Source of the DNA: Callorhinchus milii
Taxonomy: Eukaryota
Assembly (NCBI RefSeq): GCF_018977255.1
Contig: NW_024704742.1
Coordinates: 134,790,001 to 134,854,000, forward strand
Length of the DNA: 64,000 nucleotides
Reading direction: 5' to 3'
A program made the translations under genes and the position numbers. The notes beneath the pieces are model-generated. The model saw only the letters and a program-made list of their open reading frames with translations, searched no databases and was not told the DNA's origin. This document shows positions 52,918 through 64,000 of the stretch, one piece after another (position 1 is the stretch's first letter; every line of letters begins with the position of its first letter).

Positions 52918-53150
52918 CAGGCTCAAAATTGCACCTAGATTATTTTGTCTTGAAATTTATGACTGCCCAGAATTCATTGGACAACTCTTGAATTCAGTCT
53001 TAATTTGGAAGCTGTTTTTCGTCAGACCTTAAAAGGAAGCAGCTTCCAAATTAAGATTAAATTTAAGAATTTTTCACAAATTTTAAACTTGAATTTTAAA
53101 ACAAACAAAAATGGCCTAGAAGGCTAAAATTAAGTAAAAATTCAAACCTG
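52918..53150. mobile_element. Palindromic MITE-like element (related copies at 28286-28414 and ~43170-43445)
   Basis: Inner arms TCTTGAATTCAGTCTTAATTTGGAAGCTG / CAGCTTCCAAATTAAGATTAAATTTAAGA; degenerate CAGG...CCTG termini. Confidence 0.6.
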
Positions 53151-54339
53151 GCGTCAATAACGAATGCTTATTTAACATTTAACGAGAAGCATTATCAAAT
53201 AATCCTTGCATTTGATACAGCGCCTTATCACATCGTAAGACATCTCAAAGCACTTCACAGAATATACTGTAAAGTGAATTGACTGTATATTTTGTGGGCA
53301 AAATGAATGTGTCAATAGTTTTATCATTTATAATTACTGAAATATACATTTAACTTTTAAATGATATAAACCAGAACAAAATTATATACAGATATATATA
53401 TTTTTTCAGTTTTGACTTGTAGTGGGTGTCAACTTTCTTTTTTGTTAAAATAAAAAGCACCTTTATGTTAGAAGCTATTTTTTCAGTCTACCTTTCTTTT
53501 TAATCTTATAGGTATCATGAAGATGATGGAAGACCCTAATCTACTCTGCGGGAAACGAGGCAAAGAGAAGACTTACTGCACTTTTCCAAAGTTAAATCCC
53601 ACACCGTTTCCAATTCAACACAGCTCCGCAGCACCTTTTTGTCATTTCCCAATTACGTTTGGTGTGCAAATTGTTCCCTTCTCAAGACTTTCGTATACTT
53701 TTTCTGTCACCCAGGAAAGCTACAACGATTTGGGGCCCGGCTATCCACAATGACCGAGACCAGTATCCATGCAGAGCTGCTGACAGCAGCCATGTGTCTT
53801 AATGGGATTCAGTTACTTGTCTTTGCTTCACCCCTCCACCCAACACACATCTCCTCTCACTCTCTCTGTTTTCCACCCTCCCCCTTCCATCAAGCTGCTC
53901 AGTCAGGAACTAGTGAAATCTGTCTTTCCATAAGATTTCACCTTGTACTGTAAGCCCGCTGCTTTTTTTTTGTAAGAAAAACAAAAGAACCTTTTTTTTT
54001 GTCCGTGGGAGAAGCTTGTTTGTTTCAATGTTTAATTCTATTTGGGGCAGGTTTTAGCTGTATTAGGAGCGGGTTGATTCAGTGCACTGACTGACTGACA
54101 GCTCCACGGAGATCTATTCAGTGGTGTGCTGGAAATCAATCTCCTGCTCATTCCCCCATAGAAGGGAACAGACTCGCTCAGAGGGATATCCACAGAGAGA
54201 GGGGGATTAGGAGGGATGGGGGCTCATGTGGAGTGCAAATATGGACTAGTTGGGCTGAATGACCTGTTTGCTGTTGCTGTACAGTCTATTAAAATCTATT
54301 TTAATACAATACAATTTTACATTTATATAGTACTTTCAT

Positions 54340-54765
54340 CAACAACAACGACTTGCATTTATATAACGTCCTTCACGCAGGGTTGGAAGGGGGAGGTGAC
54401 CGCAAGCACGATCAAAGAGGAAGGTTTTTATGCGGGATTTGAAGGTGGAGAGGCCGGGGGCAAGGCGGAGGGATCGAAGGAGAGAGTTCCAGAGTTTCTG
54501 GGCATAGTGGCTGAAAGTACGGCCACCGACGATGGAACAGAGAGCACGAGGGACAAACACGAAGTCGGAGCCAGCCGAGCAGAGGCAACGGGTGGTGGAG
54601 AGGGGGTTAAGCAGGTCGGAGAGGTAGGGGGGAGGTGTGAGGGTATTGAAGGTATTTGAAAACGAGTGAGAGGACCTTGAAACTCAGTGGAGACTGGCTA
54701 GGATGGGGTGTGATGGGGGTACGGGGTTTCGTGCGGCTGAATATCCGGGTAGCGGAGTTTTGAAT
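54340..54765 (-). mobile_element. L2 family B 3' fragment
   Basis: QNSATRIFSRTKPRTPITP; VGGRTFSHYAQKLWNSLLRSLRLAPGLSTFKSRIKTFLF. Confidence 0.87.
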
Positions 54766-55174
54766 TTCACGTTGGGAGGATGTCTCAAAGCGCTTGCAAT
54801 CCTGAATGGCCACCTGAGCTAGGGGTGGGAGGCAGGAGGGGTGGGAGAGAGGTTGAAATATGCCTCTTTTTCAAGCAGCTATCCAATACCCTCTCAAAGT
54901 AATTTGTGGACTCTGCTAAACAATGTTTTTGTGGCAAAGAATTCCACATTCCAACCGCGATTTTTGTGATCATCTTAAATCCGTGTTCTCTGATTACCGA
55001 CTCACTGACCATTATGTGCGACTATTTACCCCATTATAACCCTTTGTCACTCGTCAAGGCTGCTGCTGACACGACCAAACTGGGTTGGCAGTCAGCCGCT
55101 CTCACGGGAGATCTACTAAGTCTGCATGTTATGTGCAGGAAGCCAGCTGGTCAATACTGGAAAGTACTGCTGGA

Positions 55175-55479
55175 AATAATAATAATATTAATAATCCTTG
55201 CATTTCTTATAGCGCCTTACCATGTCGACGAGCCGTCTCAAGGAGCTTCACGGAAAGTTAACTAAAATTCTAATTGATTAAAACTATTATTTATTTATTT
55301 ATTCGTTGAAGGGACTATTACCCCGGAAAAGTGATCCGCCAATCAACCAACAACTGGGTTTCTACTTCCTGCTGGGTAAACAGAGGCGTGTGGAGTAAGG
55401 AAACTTGCCTAAGATTTCGCCCTGCCCCGGGTCCTCTTGCTTGCAAGGCGAAGGCTCTAACTGATGGGCTATAGGACTC
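55175..55479 (-). mobile_element. Long-subfamily SINE with an internal deletion
   Basis: Tail at 55175-55255; middle and head at 55305-55479, ending GGGCTATAGGACTC. Confidence 0.8.
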
Positions 55480-57017
55480 CTGTACGAGGAAGAAGGGAGA
55501 AGAAAAGGTCCAAACAACAGGGAATGGGTAGCCAAATCTATACTCTCCTACTCACAGTTTTTATGAGCTGTCACACAAAAAGTAGTGACAATGCCATTGA
55601 CTCCACTGTATATCTCCCCAAGAACAGATAGCCAATAAGGAAACAAGTGGGCTGTTAGGTATCACAAAAGCCTTAAACTGTATTGATGTTGATTAAGTAG
55701 AGAATATTGGATACCAGGGGAGATTACTGGACATTAATCAAAGCTTTCGATGGGTTATATAAAAATAATGGATATTGGTAGAGATTATCCGGCTATAATC
55801 TCCTTAAGGCCTTTGGCTGATCCAGAATAAATAATAAAATAATAATTCTCGCTTTTGATGTACCGCGTCCCGCCTTTCATGTCGGGAGGAAGTTCCAAAG
55901 TACTTGAAAAAAATTACTTTAAAATGTAGTAACTGTGTATTTTGTAGATGAATGCGGCAACCAAGCTTGCACACAGCAATGCCCCCACACAGGCAGACGT
56001 AAAGTGAATAATCTATATTATCTATGCCATTGTTGGCCAGAACACTTCTACTGGCTGTTGAGTTTGCTCATAGTTGCCCAGTCACTACACGTGGTCCGCA
56101 ATTTCAAGAGGAGTGCTTCGAGACATTTGGCCTTTGTAGTCTTTGTGTCAAACGTAAGGATTATAATATAAAATAAGGGATTTAGGGAGAGCAAGGGCAA
56201 AGCTCAAGCAATTTATAGCTAACTTTGGAATGCTGGAAAAGCTTTCTGCCTGGTAATCACTTCGATATATTCGCCATTACAATACAATAAAAATTTTACC
56301 TCTACCTCTGTATCGAGTTTATATAGCCATTTATGTATTTACATTTATATAGTGTCTTTCAGGTCCGAACGTAAGAAAATAAGTATTTGCTAGGCGAAAG
56401 AAGACCAAGGTCCATCTAGTTTGCCTTCCAGCATTCTGGCACTCACTTGACATGTCATGTTCCAAACTATATTCTGTATCCCGAGATATTATTTTCCAGC
56501 AGAGATCCATTTAATTTGTTCTTGAAACAAACCACATTTTCTGCTCAAACAACACTTTCGTCTTATCGTCTCAAAATTCGTCTCATAGAGTATTGCTGTC
56601 TGCGTGTACCGTCCATTAATACTTTCCATTTCTACTTCATGTCAAGTCGTCGTTCGGCAGTCTCTGAAGAAAGGCCAGTTACTTTTTTTTTTCTCCAGTG
56701 GTCACACCGTTCAAACCGTCGGTGAACTCCATTTTCCTGGTGTCTGGCCATTTTCTCTGTCGGCGAATTTCCCTTCCGATTTGGTACACGGAATGGAATA
56801 ATAACCGTCTTTAAAGACCCGTTTCAGAACTCTACCTTAAATTTTAGTCTTGTGAAGCAAACTTATTTCTTTCCTTTAGAACCTGTTACAATCGTCGGTG
56901 AGTTTCTGTAGAGTTTTGGTAGAGCAACACTGTCGGGTTCGATTCCGAGTCCTTAGGCAAGTTGCCTTACTCCACACGCCTCTATTTACTTAGCAGTAAG
57001 TAGGAGAATGATTGTTA

Positions 57018-57303
57018 TAATAATAATAATAATAATAATCCTTGCATTTGATATAGCGCTTTTCACGTCGGGAGGACGTCCCAAAGCGCTTCACAGAATA
57101 TACTGTAAAGTGAATTGACTGTATATTTGTGGGCGAACGCGGCAGCCAATTGCGCACAGCAATGTCCCACAAACAGTCGTAGATTGAAAATGACCAATTT
57201 ATTATTGTTTTGGGTTTTTGGAGGGATTATTATTAGGCTCTGTGTGGAGTAAGGAAACTTGCCCAAGGTTTCGCCCTCTGCCAGGGATTGAACTCAGGTG
57301 TCT
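57018..57303 (-). mobile_element. 5'-truncated young SINE inserted inverted in an older long-subfamily SINE (~56915-57465, +)
   Basis: Near-identical to the 41255 and 62004 copies; flanked by a 68-bp direct duplication. Confidence 0.92.
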
Positions 57304-57589
57304 TCCTTAGGCAAGTTGCCTTACTCCACACGCCTCTATTTACTTAGCAGTAAGTAGGAGAATGATTGTTAGTCAAATGTTGGATCGCTTTCCGGGGGGT
57401 AATAATCCCTTAAAAAAACGAATAATAATTTGGTCACTCAATCCATGACTGTTTGCAGGACACTTTTTTTTTTCAGTCATGCCGTTAAATTTATGCCCAT
57501 TTAATTACCGCCTCACCCACCAGCGTGAACCGGTCTTACTATTTACCTTATTCAAAATGCCTCGTAATTTTCTAACCACCAAAGACTCG

Positions 57590-58960
57590 AAGGCTTATTT
57601 TTTTGCTCTCGGCTCCTCTGGCGACGGTGGAGCCTCGACCGCGAGGGCAGCAGTTCGAAGGACTTCAGGCCAGTGTTGAGATCGCTCTGCCCGTCCCCGT
57701 CCCCCCCCGTCCCCCCGACGCGCGCGGAGAACCAGGTTCCTTCCCAGATCGCTGCCAACGAAGAGGGCGAAGCCTCTCGATGAGGAAGAGCGCCACACCA
57801 AACGCAAGGATAGTTACCCCACGGGAGTGAGGTGGTCGGCAAACCCGGTGCGGGACGGTGCGCCTTCCGAACGGATGGATCTGCGTCCGCAAGTGGGGGG
57901 GGGGGGGGGTCACGCGTTCACCTCTACACAATGAGGAACTTCTTGAAACTTCCGCAGTGTCGTGGGCGCGGACCTCGCGTTGTCTCCCCCCCCCCCCCCT
58001 CACTCACCCCCCCCCGCCGCCCACCTCAGCCACTCCGCCCCCCCCCTCCCCACCAACCTCTGGAATTGCATCCCCCCAGTCGCTCCGCCTCGCGCCCCCC
58101 CCACCCCCACTCCTCGGCCTCCCGCGGGGGGTGGTGGGGGGGTGGAGGGGGGTGACACGAGTAGCCCCCGGGTTTGAGTGTGAGGGTCAAAATCGAGCGG
58201 GCGGTCAATTGACCGGTACAATCGCGAGGACCGGGCGGACGGACGGACGGGGGCTGCGTTGGCGGCGGGAACCGGGGCTCTAACCCCCCCCCCCTCCCTC
58301 CCCCTCCCCACCCCACCCCCTCGCACCGCAACCCCAACTCCCTCCCTCCCTCCCCCCACAACAGGAGGAGGCGAAGGGCCAGTCCGAGGCCCAGAGGGCC
58401 CGAGTCGCTGGTCCGAAGCTTCGGGGGAGGGGTGTGGGGTGGGGGGGGGGAATGTGTATGGGGGGGGGGGGGGAAGAGGTGTTGATTGATCCCCCCCCCC
58501 CACCCCCACCTTTCCCTCCGCGCACTCACTCCCCTCTCCCTCTCCTTCTCTCTCTCTCTCACACTCACTCACTTTTTTTTTCTGCGCCGAGTTTCTTCGC
58601 GTCGATCAGTCCGCTCGCTGTGCGGGGGCCGGGGGGCCGGGGGGCCGGGGGGAGGGCGTGCGGAGGGGGCCCGCGGGCGAGCCGGGGCGGGGCGGGGGGT
58701 CCCAGGTCGGAGGCGGCGTTAGCGTGTTGAGGCGGGGAGGGGGCGAGGGAGGGGCTGAGCTCCCAGTGGGTGACGGACGCTCCTCCCTCCTGTGTGTCCC
58801 TCCCCCCCCCACCCCCTCCCCTTCCCCCGTTCCCCGTGCGAACCCCCTCCTCTCCTCACACCCGATGTGGTACCCCACCCCCCACCCCCACCCGCGCCCC
58901 CCCACCACCACCACCGGAAAACTCGATCCGCACAATCGACTAACGACCGGGTTCCTGCTT
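57590..58960. promoter_or_regulatory. Orphan GC/CpG island with GC boxes and G/C runs
   Basis: Abrupt rise in GC and CpG; GGGGCGGGGCGGGG at ~58684-58699; no recognisable coding exon. Confidence 0.6.
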
Positions 58961-58987
58961 TACTGCCGTGTAAACAGAGGCACACGC

Positions 58988-59496
58988 GTGTGTGTGTGTG
59001 TATGTGTGTGTGTGCGCGCGTTTGTATGTGTGTGTGTGTGTGTATGTCTGTGTGTTTGTGTTTATATGTGTGTGTGTTTGTGTGTGTATGTTTGTGTGTT
59101 TGTGTGTGTGTGTTTGTATGTGTGTGTGTGTTTTATATGTGTGTGTGTTTGTGTGTGTATGTCTGTGTGTTTGTGTGTGTGTGTTTGTATGTGTGTGTGT
59201 GTTTTATATGTGTGTGTGTTTGTGTGTGTATGTCTGTGTGTTTGTGTGTGTGTGTTTGTATGTGTGTGTGTGTTTTATGTGTGTGGGTGTTTGTGTGTGT
59301 GTTTGTGTGTGTTTGTGTGTGTGTACGTGAGTGTTTGTGTGTTTGTGTGTTTGTATGTGTGTGTATTCTGTGTTTGTGTGTATGTTTGTGTGTGTGTTTG
59401 TATGTGTGTGTGTTTTTGTGTGTGTGTGTATGTCTGTGTTTGTGTGTGTGTTTGTATGTGTGTGTTTGTGTGTGCGTGTTTGTATGTGTGTGTTTT

Positions 59497-59527
<31 letters not shown>

Positions 59528-59854
59528 TTGTATGTGTGTGTGTGTTTGTGTGTTTGTATGTGTGTGTGTGTTTGTATATGTGTGTGTTTTTGTGTGTGTA
59601 TGTCTGTGTGTTTGTGTGTGTTTGTGTGTGCGTGTGTTTGTGTGTGCATGTTTGTATGTGTATGTGTTTGTGTGTGTGTTTGTATGTATGTGTGTTTGTG
59701 TGTATGTGTGTGTGTTTGTGTGTATGTGTGTGTGTTTGTGTGTGTGTGTTTGTGTGTGTGTGTGTTTGTGTGTGTGTATGTGTGTGTGTTTGTGTGCGTT
59801 TGTGTTTGTGTGTGCGTTTGTGTGTGTTTGTGTGTGTGTATGTGTGTGTGTGCG

Positions 59855-59889
<35 letters not shown>

Positions 59890-60189
59890 TTGTGTGTGTG
59901 CGTGTGTGTGTTTGTGTGCGCGTGTGTGTGTGTTTGTGTGTGTGTGTGTGTTTGTGTGTGTGTGTTTGTGTGTGTGTGTGCGTTTGTGTGTGTTTGTGTG
60001 TGTGTGTGTTTGTGTGGTGTGTGTGTGTGTGCGCATGTGTGCGCGCGTGTGTGTGTTTCTGTGTGTGTGTGTGTGTGCGTGTGTGTGTGTTTGTGTGTGT
60101 GCGTGTGTGTGTGTGTGTGTGCGTGAGTGTGTGTGCGTGTGTGTGTTTCTGTATGCGTGTGTGTGTGCGTGTGTGTGTTTGTGTGTGTG
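58988..60189. repeat. ~1.2-kb interrupted (GT)n array lying inside a SINE
   Basis: GT repeat with TT/AT/GC interruptions; SINE halves at 58914-58982 and 60203-60315. Confidence 0.93.
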
Positions 60190-62003
60190 GGGGGTGGGGG
60201 GGGTGTGGATGTAAAGAAACTCGGCCGAGGTTTCTCTCTGCCCCGGGAAATCGAACACCCGGGGGTCGTTTCGCGTGCGATTTGCTCTGTTGCGATGTCG
60301 GGGCCACGAGCTGAAGTTTAAATAAAACTCACCCCCCACCCCCAGAACCTCACATCTTGCGGAGCGACCGATTCCGTGCCCGAAACTGCTCTCCGAGCCC
60401 ACGAGCACGTTCCCGGGTCACGCAACGCGCCCCTAATAATCGTTGAACCCTATAACATCTCTGAGCGCGTCTCAGGCTTTCACTGGACAGTGTAGTGACT
60501 GTGTAATTTGCAGGCAGACGCAATTTCGCTCACCGCAACGTCCCTCACACGGCCGCGAAGTGAGCGAGTAACCGATTTCATCTGGGTGGTGGGGGGGGGG
60601 GCCAGGCTGATAACACGGGCCAGGAATTGATGGTAATTCCATGCCAAGGGCTCAGAACCATCCCTGGATCTCTCCAGTAAGACTGTCCCTCAATGACTGC
60701 AGCCCCTTGTTTGTAGTGACAGCTGCAGCTGCATCTGGTTGACACGACTGTGCGGCCACATCCTCTCCCCTTGCTTCTTAGCATTTTCAGAAATGCCACG
60801 AATCTCACTCCCGTATATTTCTGCTTACCCGCTCGCAGTCCTCTATCCGGTTGCCCCATGACCTTCTCAACTCTTGTGGGGTAAAGAGAAGCCCTAACGT
60901 CTCAACAACAACAACAACAACAAATCGGGAGGATGTCTAAAGCCTTAGATAGTCTAGGATTTGTTCCCGAGCTGGGGGTTGGATTTGGGAGCGATGTGGG
61001 CTAATTGGGGGGGGGGAGTGGAGTTATGTGACTGAATATGTGGTGAAAAAGGAAGGGTGAGGCTAGAGAAGCAACGAGGTGAGGCAAAGGGTCTCTGGGA
61101 TAGAGTTCCAGGGATAGAGTTCTCAAATCTCTTCTTAAATAAAACCCCTAAATTCCTGGCAACAGCCCAGCGAATCTACAGCGCACCGTCCGCCTTGCAT
61201 TAACACCTGCCATGATTCACTCACGAAAATATGCAGTCAATTCAGGTTACAGGATATTCTGTGAAGCGCTTTGAGACGTCTCGAAGATGTGATAAGGCGC
61301 TATATCAAATGCAAGGATTATTATTATAATGAGGTGCCTGCAATTCTCATACTCTTGGACTCAAGACCATTTCCTTTGGAAAAAAATGATGCGATTCTTA
61401 AAAAGAGCAGAATTCCAGATTATTCGCTTGTAAAAAGCTCCAGAGATAAAAGCTGCTTGCCCTGTGGGGTTATGCGGGAACTGTTTAAAGTCTTCTAAAT
61501 CTGCTCAGCACTGTTTACACAAAAATATTTTTGTTTGGAACGATATATTTTGATCTACAGGCGTTTATCTCCCTAATGAACGTGCTGAAGTCCAACAAAT
61601 TATCAGTGCTGGTTTCTCCAGTTCTCACTAACCGCATTATAAACCAAAGGGAAGTCCCACGTGGCAAGCACTTAGGGGGACCGCATTTTTTCCTACACAT
61701 TCCTGTTGCGCTGCTGTTAAAAAAAAAGGCTGTTAAAATGTAGATTTGATCTTTCCAGTTTGACAACTGATTAAACCCTCGCTGGATTTATATTTCCATT
61801 TCTCTGCTACCTGTCATCATTAAGGGAGTTTCCCTCCTGATGTTCATCATTCCTTCATGGCCGCTTGCAGGACTTTGGTGTTCCCAAAGAAGTTGCCACG
61901 ATCGCTTACACAATACACAGTCACTACATTTTATTGCTCGTGACTATCCTTTTTGGGGGGAGGTAAGCAAGGCCTCCTTGGAGTTGAACTGGCTCCAAGG
62001 TGA

Positions 62004-62325
62004 AGTCCTGTAGCTCAGTGGTTAGAGCACTCGCTTTGCAAGCAAGAGACCTGAGTTCAATTCCAGGCAGAGGGTGAAACCTTGGGCAAGTTTCCTTACT
62101 CCACACAGAGCCTAATAATAATCCCTCCAAAACCAAAAACAATAATAAATTGGTCATTTTCAATCTACGACTGTTTGTGGGACATTGCTGTGCGCAATTG
62201 GCTGCCGCGTCCGCCCACAAATATACAGTCAATACACTTTACAGTGTGTTATGTGAAGCGCTTTGGGACGTCCTCCCGACGTGAAAAGCGCTATATCAAA
62301 TGCAAGGATTATTATTATTATTATT
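62004..62325 (+). mobile_element. Full-length young tRNA(Ala)-derived SINE, short subfamily
   Basis: A box TAGCTCAGTGG, B box GTTCAATTCC, (TTA)n tail, 7-bp TSD AAGGTGA (61997-62003 and 62326-62332). Confidence 0.92.
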
Positions 62326-62984
62326 AAGGTGACATGCTTGGTAATGAAATGTCAGAAGCGAGCCAGCCCTCTGGCGGTTTCTAGTCCAGTCCCTGAGCCA
62401 GGCAGATCCGCAGTAATCCAGGGCATTGCTGATGACAGCACAGCCCAGACTGGCTCATCGGCAGGACCTGGAAGGGCAGACCAGTCACTGGGGCCAGGAA
62501 GTCATGCTACTCAGCTCCTATTAACCAATCAACCCAAACCCTAACAGGTAGGGTGGTCCTAGCTGGACAAGCAGCTGGAAAGCTTGCCTGACAATTTTCT
62601 GTAAAATCCTATAAAGCAACTTATCTTTTTTTTCTGTTTTTCTTGCGGGTTCCAATGAACAGTAGTGGTCCCAGCAGCTTTTTCCGAACCTTGTTCCATC
62701 TCTCTCGCTCTATCTGTGTATATTTTCATTTCTCATATTGCATTCCACCACTGGGCTCCAACATTGCACTCTGGGGAGGCAATATGCATTCGCCCTTGTG
62801 TTTCTCTGTGCTATGAGTCCTACGTGCTCCATGCACACTTTTAAGGACCACCTGTTCAAATGATTTTCTGTACATTTCCAATGCTGAATGGGGTAAGCAA
62901 GAGAGGAAGACATCTGCATAGGATGAAGCAAATAGTAAACAACAGAATCAGACAACGGGGTGAAATTTGCAGCATTTGATAACA

Positions 62985-63220
62985 AATATAATTGCATTTA
63001 TATAGCACCCCTCACGCAGGATAGTGTCCCAGAGCGCTTAACAGTGGCGGAGCATGACTCCAAGCCAGAGGGAGGGGAAGCACAGTCAAAAAGAAAGGTA
63101 TTGAGGCGTGACCTGAAGATGGGGATGGAGGGAGCAAGGTGGAGGAATTGAGGGAGAGTATTCCAGAGTTTCAGAGCGTAGCGGTTGAAAGCACGGCCGC
63201 CGATAGTGGAACGGAGAGTC
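62985..63220 (-). mobile_element. L2 family B 3' fragment
   Basis: RSTIGGRAFNRYALKLWNTLPQFLHLAPSIPIFRSRLNTFLF. Confidence 0.85.
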
Positions 63221-63356
63221 ACACATGATTATTCTGTGCCTTGCACTGTTATGTACTAATAATACAAATAATACAGATAATTATCCCTGCATTTGATAGT
63301 GCCTTTCATGTTGGGAGGACATCACAGAGAGGTTCACAAATTTACTGTAGTAAATC

Positions 63357-63694
63357 TAGTGAAATCAGGAAGCATTTTTTCACTGAATGGGAGGTAGAAA
63401 TCTGGAATTCTCTCCCACAAAAGGCCATGGATCCTAGATCCATCCACACCTTCAAGAGTGATAGATTTTTGGTAGGTCAGTGTATTAAGGAATATGGGGA
63501 GAAAACGAGAAATTGGAATTGAAAGGATTAGTTGAGGTACAGATCAGCCATGATATAATGAAATGGCAGAAGGGCTCGAAGGGCTGAATGGTTTACTCCT
63601 GTTTCTATGTTCCTACAACAATAGTGTTTAAAATGTTGAAGGAATCTAAAACACGTTATGTGTTCTAGATTTCTACATACCTATGTTCCTATGT
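63357..63694 (+). mobile_element. CR1 3' fragment of the same family as 30079-31077, with extra flank and a second tail
   Basis: Aligns to 30816-31120; IRKHFFTEWEVEIWNSLPQKAMD. Confidence 0.88.
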
Positions 63695-64000
63695 GGTAAG
63701 GCCCTATATAAAATGCAAGGATTAAAGCACAAGGATTATAAGTTCCTAATATTTGTTTGGCCAAAGCGGCCCCCCCACATACACTCCTTATGTCACAATG
63801 ATCAGAATTGTAGGCAGTACTCTAGGTGTTGGCTGATCAGAGCTCAATATAGCTTGAGAATGACGTCTGGGGATTTGAACTCCACTGATTTGATATGTGA
63901 CCTTCTTCCCCCAGCGTGCCACAAATACCATCCGCTCAGGCAGGAGTAATAATTTACTAAAATTCAGGGCTCGGCAGTTCAAAGTTCCAAGCGATGGCTG

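Noticed and set aside
53510..53800. Exon-like segment with splice-like signals on both strands
   Set aside because: No recognisable protein, and minus-strand frames are closed; a non-coding exon cannot be supported without RNA data.
57590..58760. Structured ncRNA (telomerase RNA, 7SK, rRNA spacer, ribozyme)
   Set aside because: No full CTAACCCTAAC template, hammerhead core or other diagnostic motif recognised by eye; a covariance-model search would be needed to exclude it fully.
58658..60408. Long Cys/Val- or His/Thr-rich ORFs (327-518 aa)
   Set aside because: Translations of the stop-free GT array.
62004..62075. tRNA-Ala gene
   Set aside because: Lacks a proper acceptor stem and continues into SINE body and tail; it is a SINE head.
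62600..62860. Possible minus-strand terminal exon (VVLKSVHG...YEK*) of an upstream gene such as WDR7
   Set aside because: No similarity I can recognise, stops in all frames, and a weak acceptor.

Overview
Vertebrate genomic DNA, most likely from a cartilaginous fish (chimaera/elephant-shark-like, inferred from the repeat families). Two genes lie on the minus strand in the conserved vertebrate order ST8SIA3 then ONECUT2. ST8SIA3 is complete: 4 coding exons (40513-32277), 381 aa, all GT-AG introns and intact sialylmotifs. ONECUT2 is represented by exon 1 (11388-10185, N-terminus plus CUT domain); its homeodomain exon lies left of the window. The rest is intronic or intergenic. A CpG-retaining, microsatellite-rich domain lacking long LINEs, with candidate enhancer islands, surrounds ONECUT2 (~1-29 kb). 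A CpG-depleted zone rich in SINE/L2/CR1 spans ~31-56 kb, and an orphan GC/CpG island lies at 57.6-59 kb. I found no new protein-coding system. The strongest leads are: (1) a Met-Asp-stop micro-uORF abutting the ONECUT2 start codon; (2) a young SINE inserted inverted into an older relative with a perfect 68-bp target duplication; (3) a mosaic SINE family whose subfamily steps and L2-matched tail are visible in one window; (4) a CR1 copy carrying flank apparently captured from another locus 32 kb away; (5) an RE1/REST site and nested inverted repeats around exon 2 in ST8SIA3. All alignments were done by eye, and comparisons with human genes or repeat consensi are from memory and need checking.
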